A stretch of DNA of 64,000 nucleotides from the human T2T-CHM13v2.0 reference genome, Homo sapiens. The DNA lies in NCBI RefSeq assembly GCF_009914755.1, contig NC_060942.1; one strand, 5' to 3'. Below the pieces are notes generated by a model. That model searched no databases, was not told where the DNA came from, and saw only the letters and a list, made by a program, of their open reading frames with translations. Of the stretch, positions 58,644 through 64,000 are shown one piece after another; position 1 is the first letter of the stretch; each line of letters opens with the position of its first letter. Both the position numbers and the translations under genes were made by a program.

Positions 58644-60178
58644 AGCAATAGAAAGCTAATAAAATCACTCCTTCTATTCACAAACTATGCCCTATCTATG
58701 TGTCTTTTCTCAGTTCTTGGAATACAGCATGGTTCGCAATGCCACGGGGTCTTTGTACAGACCTGGACTTGTGTAATTTTATCCATAATTATGGGCTAGT
58801 TTCATTTATTCCTTTTGTTATCATCAGTTTAAATGACATCTCCTTGGATAGATCTTCCCCAACCTCTTCTTTTATTTTTGTTTCGGCTCCTTCTTTTCAT
58901 TTTTGTTTTAATAGGATGCCTTAGTCCTGACAGTTGTTTTATTTATTGTATACTACTTGGGGTTCTTTGGTCGATTTTTTAGGTTTTCCCCCCTTTTCTT
59001 GGTCTATTGCTTTCTGTAGAACTAAGTTCCATGACAGAAGAAACTGTACCTATCATGGTTAGACTCATATCTTTAGAATGGTGTCTGGCACATAGTAAAT
59101 ACCAAATGAATATTTAAAGTCTACTTGGCAGACAAAATGAATGATTTGGGGGGAAGCAGCATATTAGGGAGACACTCTACTCTAAGAAAAGAAAGATACT
59201 AAATGCTAGCCAAGGATCCTCAGCCATTGCTAGATTTTAGGCTTGATTTTGTGCCACAGGGGAGATCAGGCCCTAAGGAAAACAGGACAAATGCTAAAGG
59301 GATGTGAGTTGTCAGAGAAGAAGCCCAATCCAGTAAACTAAGCAAATCTAAGTGGGTCTGGTCTGCAAAGGTGCTGTATGGGGCTTAAATTTCAGACAGG
59401 TGTTTGTGCCTGAATATTAGATCCTTGGTCAGGTGAGGCTCAGAGGCCACACAGGAACTCAGCAAATGGACCAAGTTCTAACTCCCAGTATAAGGGAAAA
59501 AAAGATGAATGTAAGTGGAAAAGAGGGCAGAGACCATTACTCTCTTGTCCAACCTGGAATCCTGAAAATTTGATTTAATGCCAGGCACTTAAGAAATCCT
59601 TAATAAAAATAGTCAGGACAAATACGAGTGAGAGATGAATGAATGATGAATCTATGTATGTAAAAGTAATTACTGTAACACTTGACATATTAGACAATCA
59701 TGATCTCTTTCTCTTTTATAAGTTGTAGCAAATGACAAAGCTGATGCTGCTTTCTATCTTGTCAGGGACGGCTGTGGAATTGGGGATGGGCTTTTGAAAT
59801 GCTGGCAGGTCCCATGGTGGAAACACTGGAAAGACAAAGACAGAGAAACAAGGCAGGGTCAGCAGCAGCAACTGATTGCTTCAGGGAAGAGGCTGCTTAG
59901 AGGAGATGTTAATATTGTCACTGTTTGAGTGACATTTCTTCAAGATTTTCGTCAGTAAAGTGAGTTAGATTAAGCTTAGTATAATTAACCCAAATAAATT
60001 AGCTTTAATCAAGTATTCAATTCTGTAATTTTCTTGTCTCCTTGATCTTTCTATTCCTTCCTAATCCTTTTGGCATTCAATCCTATTTTATTCTAGATTG
60101 ATATCTGTTAAATCAATTTCCCTGGCTATCTAAATGACATTTGCTCTAAAGAGAAATAGTAGGTCTTAATTCCCCTAG

Positions 60179-60625
60179 TGTATTAGTTTCCTTGGGCTGT
60201 CATAACAGAACACCACAAACTGAGTAGCTTAAAACAACAGAAAATTATTTATTTTTTAAGGTTATAGAAGCTAGAAACCAAGATGTCAGCAAAGCCACGA
60301 TCCCTCTGAAGGGTCTAGGAAAGAATAATTTTCTCTTCCTAGCTTCCAGTGGATGCTAGCAATCATTGGCATGCTTGTTCTCATGGTTGCATAATTCCAG
60401 TCTCAGCTTCTCTCTTCATATGGCTTTTTCTCCTTGGTTGCTCTGTTTCCAAATTGCCCTCTTCTTACAAGGCCATCCATTATATTTGTTTTAGGGCTCA
60501 CCCTAGTCCAGTATGAGCACATCTTAACTTGACGACATTTGCAAGGACCCTATTTCCAAATAAGGTCACATTCACTAGTTCTGCATAGACATGAATTTTG
60601 GGGGGAAATCTATTTAAACCACTAC
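60179..60625 (-). mobile_element. MLT1B/C MaLR LTR
   Basis: TGTATTAGTTTCCTTGGGCTGTCATAAC...GACCCTATTTCCAAATAAGGTCACATTC...AAACCACTACA. Confidence 0.82.
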
Positions 60626-62106
60626 ACACAGAAAGAAAGAAGAGTAGTATTGTGGGATATGCCCAGGTTGAAGACTTTGTTGAGGAAAGCCTAGGGAACT
60701 TTTCACAGAGAGTTTTGTTTCCTATATACTTTTTCATAAGGGACTATCCCTTAATCATCTTTATATTCTCTATTTTTTTTTGAAACTTGTTCTATACACA
60801 GTGGTATTTATTGAATAATACAAAAGCAATCTTGAATAAATGGATTTTAATAATGATCCTCTTGGCTTATGACCCCCGCAGTCCTCCAGTACTAATGAAC
60901 TAGCTTTGTATTGACTCAGGGTCTAGGCTGGGGAATGCCTGATTCATATGTCTTGGTCTCCTGGGACCACCAAACTTTGTTCCTGAGATGCCTGTCACCT
61001 GGGTGATATGTTCATGACTCCTTTCAACACCTGAATTTTGAGCAGTGCTTTGAGAAATGAAACCTACAGGATGAAGGATTTTTTTGTTCAACAAAGTTAG
61101 TAATAGACTGGTGCTTACATGAACTATTTTTAAGGTAATATTTATATAGGTAATATACTTAAAACAAGAGGTTGATATAAAGAGTTGTTCTTCAATTTAT
61201 AACAAGCTATTTGGCTAAATTCAAGTATTTTGTTTCTGAAAAAGCCTAAAAAGTATAAATCTAAACTTTAGAAAAATGAGCTGGTAGAAACAGACAATGC
61301 TAAATAATATGTTACGTTTTCTAATTGTTTCATTTGATCAGTACACAGTAAATAAGACATGCAATATTTTCTTCTCTTACCAAACAAGAAACTGAAGCTC
61401 AGAGAGGGTAAGTGGTGATGTTAAATATAACAAGGGAAGAATGAGTGGCAGGGTTTTATGTCTCCATATTCTGGTCCCCTTTCGTTTCCAGTACATCACC
61501 CTGCTTCTCATCACTTGAAGTTACAAGGTACTTTTCACAATGTCTACTCAGCTTGTAGCTATATGTTACAGCCCACTTCTTCATTTAATTTAGTCATAAT
61601 GTGGATTTTGTTCAGAGACTACTAGGTTTTTCATGTTCAATTAGTTTTAATATTATTTGTTTACAGTCTTTTAAAAAATTACATCTCAAATATAAACATA
61701 AAATTAGAGAACAGAGAAGGCCTGTGCACTTGGCCCAAAAGTACCCGATTCATAGTGTGACAGCCTGGGTTTAAGTCCTGTGTGATGTAGGGTGAGCTAC
61801 TGCACTCAGAGAGAGCAGTCATGCTGAGCCAGTGTGGGCTCCTGCATTTGCCAACCCTGTGATATGCCCACAATTGGATATGAATGAGGGGAAGAACTCC
61901 AGCAGGAAGTATTTGTAAGTAAATTGGTCATTCTGGTTGCATTGCCAATTAGACTTTGCCCAGCACATGAACGACTTTGGGCCTATTGATATTTGCTGTG
62001 ACACTTAAATGTTCAGCACAGTATTGATTCTGAATGTCAAGCCCTCTGCTTAGATGCTGTTTCTATGTGATGAGCAGATTACCACAGAATACTAATTGAA
62101 CCATTT

Positions 62107-62108
<2 letters not shown>

Positions 62109-62138
<30 letters not shown>
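62109..62138. repeat. (AC)n microsatellite
   Basis: Direct inspection. Confidence 0.95.
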
Positions 62139-62140
<2 letters not shown>

Positions 62141-64000
62141 TTTTGTGTTCACAGTGCTGACAAACAGCAATTTTAGTGCACATTTAATCAGAGCCTCTTC
62201 TCAACTTTAACGGAAGAGAAAAAAAGCAATCTTTTAAGTGTTGCTGAATAGTTTGTGGTTAGCCTGGAATGAAATATTTTTAAAAGATAAATTGCTTCCC
62301 ACCAGCATATATATATTTCTATTTTTTCCTACTACAAAATAATTGATGAGAATATTTCATAAATATAATTTCAAAGAGTTAAAAGACTGTTTTTGGTAAG
62401 TATCTACCAAAGACATTTCAGTTGATAAGTGTTAGTCTACAGTGTTGTAAGAATAATTCTTAATATTCTGCAGCTGATGATTTGGCATCTTGGAAATCAT
62501 AGGCCAAGTTAACAGACAAAGTAGTTTACATTCATACCATCTTGTATTTTCACAGGTGCAGAGAAACCGTATTAAAAATCTTCCAGCCACAAACCCCAAT
62601 ACCTGTGTTTTGCTTCCTGCCCAACAGGAGATATTTCCACCTAACAACTTCCTGCCACTGTAGAATTAAAGGCTCTCATCCATGCCTTCCCCTCACTCTT
62701 TTCTCCTGATAACCCTGGTGCTTGCCCATGTGGCCCCACAGGATGGTATGCCTTCTCTTTTTGGGTACTGCAAGTAATAAACTATTCTTTCAATGACGTT
62801 GGCTTCTCTAAGTCATCACTCAGTCACCTACGAAGTAAATTCCAGGTACATTTAAAACAGCTATTTAAAAAGTACAATTTTAAATGATTCAATTATAAGT
62901 TATTTCACATTTTTGATATACCTATATATATAGATACATACACATACACATATCTACAATCATTTTAAGTAGATACTTCTAGAAGCTTAGTTTAGAATTA
63001 GCAAGAAAGTCCTTAACCCACCCTTACTTGAAATAATGCAAGCTCTTTACATCAAAGAATCAGAAATATTTTGATTAAAATTAGACTAACTTATTTTATG
63101 ATTTAAGGGATTAACAGTGAAGTTCTACAAGGTCTATAAATCATATGAGAAGTCTTCTTTAGTCCCACTCTCTTCTCATTCTGACATAATAATCAGGACC
63201 AGAAGGACCTACTAATGAGTTCTTTTTTGTCTTTCAGGCAAAATTGCCCCATGTTTTTCCTAAACATGGAATCACTAAAACGTCCTCAGGCTCTTGGGAA
63301 GGAAAACATTATGGCTTACTGTACAACGACAAAGATAGCCACTGGGAAACACACCCTACAACCAAAAAACACACCAGCAAAATTATTATCTCTGTTTAAG
63401 ATCTATTGCCATAAACTATGGTTTTTAAGTTCCTAGTTTCTGAAAGCTGAAACAACACTGAAATCTTTATTGGATTTGATATAAAAAAGACCAATGCAGA
63501 CATTTTATGAAAAAATAAATGCCTTGTTGTTATGGCTGGTGGAGCATCATCTAAAATAGTGACATGATGGGTTTCACCACTGTAGCATCAAATTCAACCC
63601 TCACATTTATAACACAAAACCACGAGCCGATACTGAGTGTTAAGGGTGTCCTTTCACGTTCCCTCATGAAGATGAGGATTAACTGTGGCTTGCCAAGCAT
63701 TTACAGGATAATCTTTTCTTTAACTTCAAAAGGGATGCTAAATGTGATAAAGCCAGATAGCATAGCACTCTTATTTGCAATGTTATCTACTTTGTGCATA
63801 CACACAGCTGATGCACTTACGCCATCAGGAGACTTTAATAGGTCACACTATCAGAAAAAAAGATGGAGTTTCAAAGGCTGTACTGGGGCCTGCTAAGTGT
63901 AATCCAATACAGTAGGTCTGATCCTCTCAAGTATATAAGACACTCCGGAAGTTGTCAGGCAGTCTGAAGAGCCCCCTGAGCTCCCTTGCTTCTGGTGCTA

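Overview
Primate (almost certainly human or great-ape) non-coding genomic DNA: AT-rich, CpG-depleted and dense in repeats. It opens inside a HERV-H provirus (+ strand; disrupted pro, pol and env, then a type II/LTR7B 3' LTR ending at 5576). The rest is intergenic or intronic: Alus, a 5'-truncated L1PA7-like element nested in old antisense L1M, a tiny young twin-primed L1, MaLR/ERV1 solo LTRs, MER/Tigger DNA transposon fossils, MIR/L2 and microsatellites. No intact cellular protein-coding gene is supported. The most unusual signal is a cluster of locally templated insertions and fold-back scars, in which 30-230 bp segments were copied from 1-4 kb away into new sites with flanking duplications, microhomology and short inversions (24.6, 25.7, 34.5, 36.4, 43.6, 51.1 kb). 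I read this as a record of repeated germline template-switch or theta-type end-joining repair, not a new gene system. Repeat subfamily names come from recalled consensus sequences and identities were counted by eye; both need RepeatMasker/alignment confirmation.
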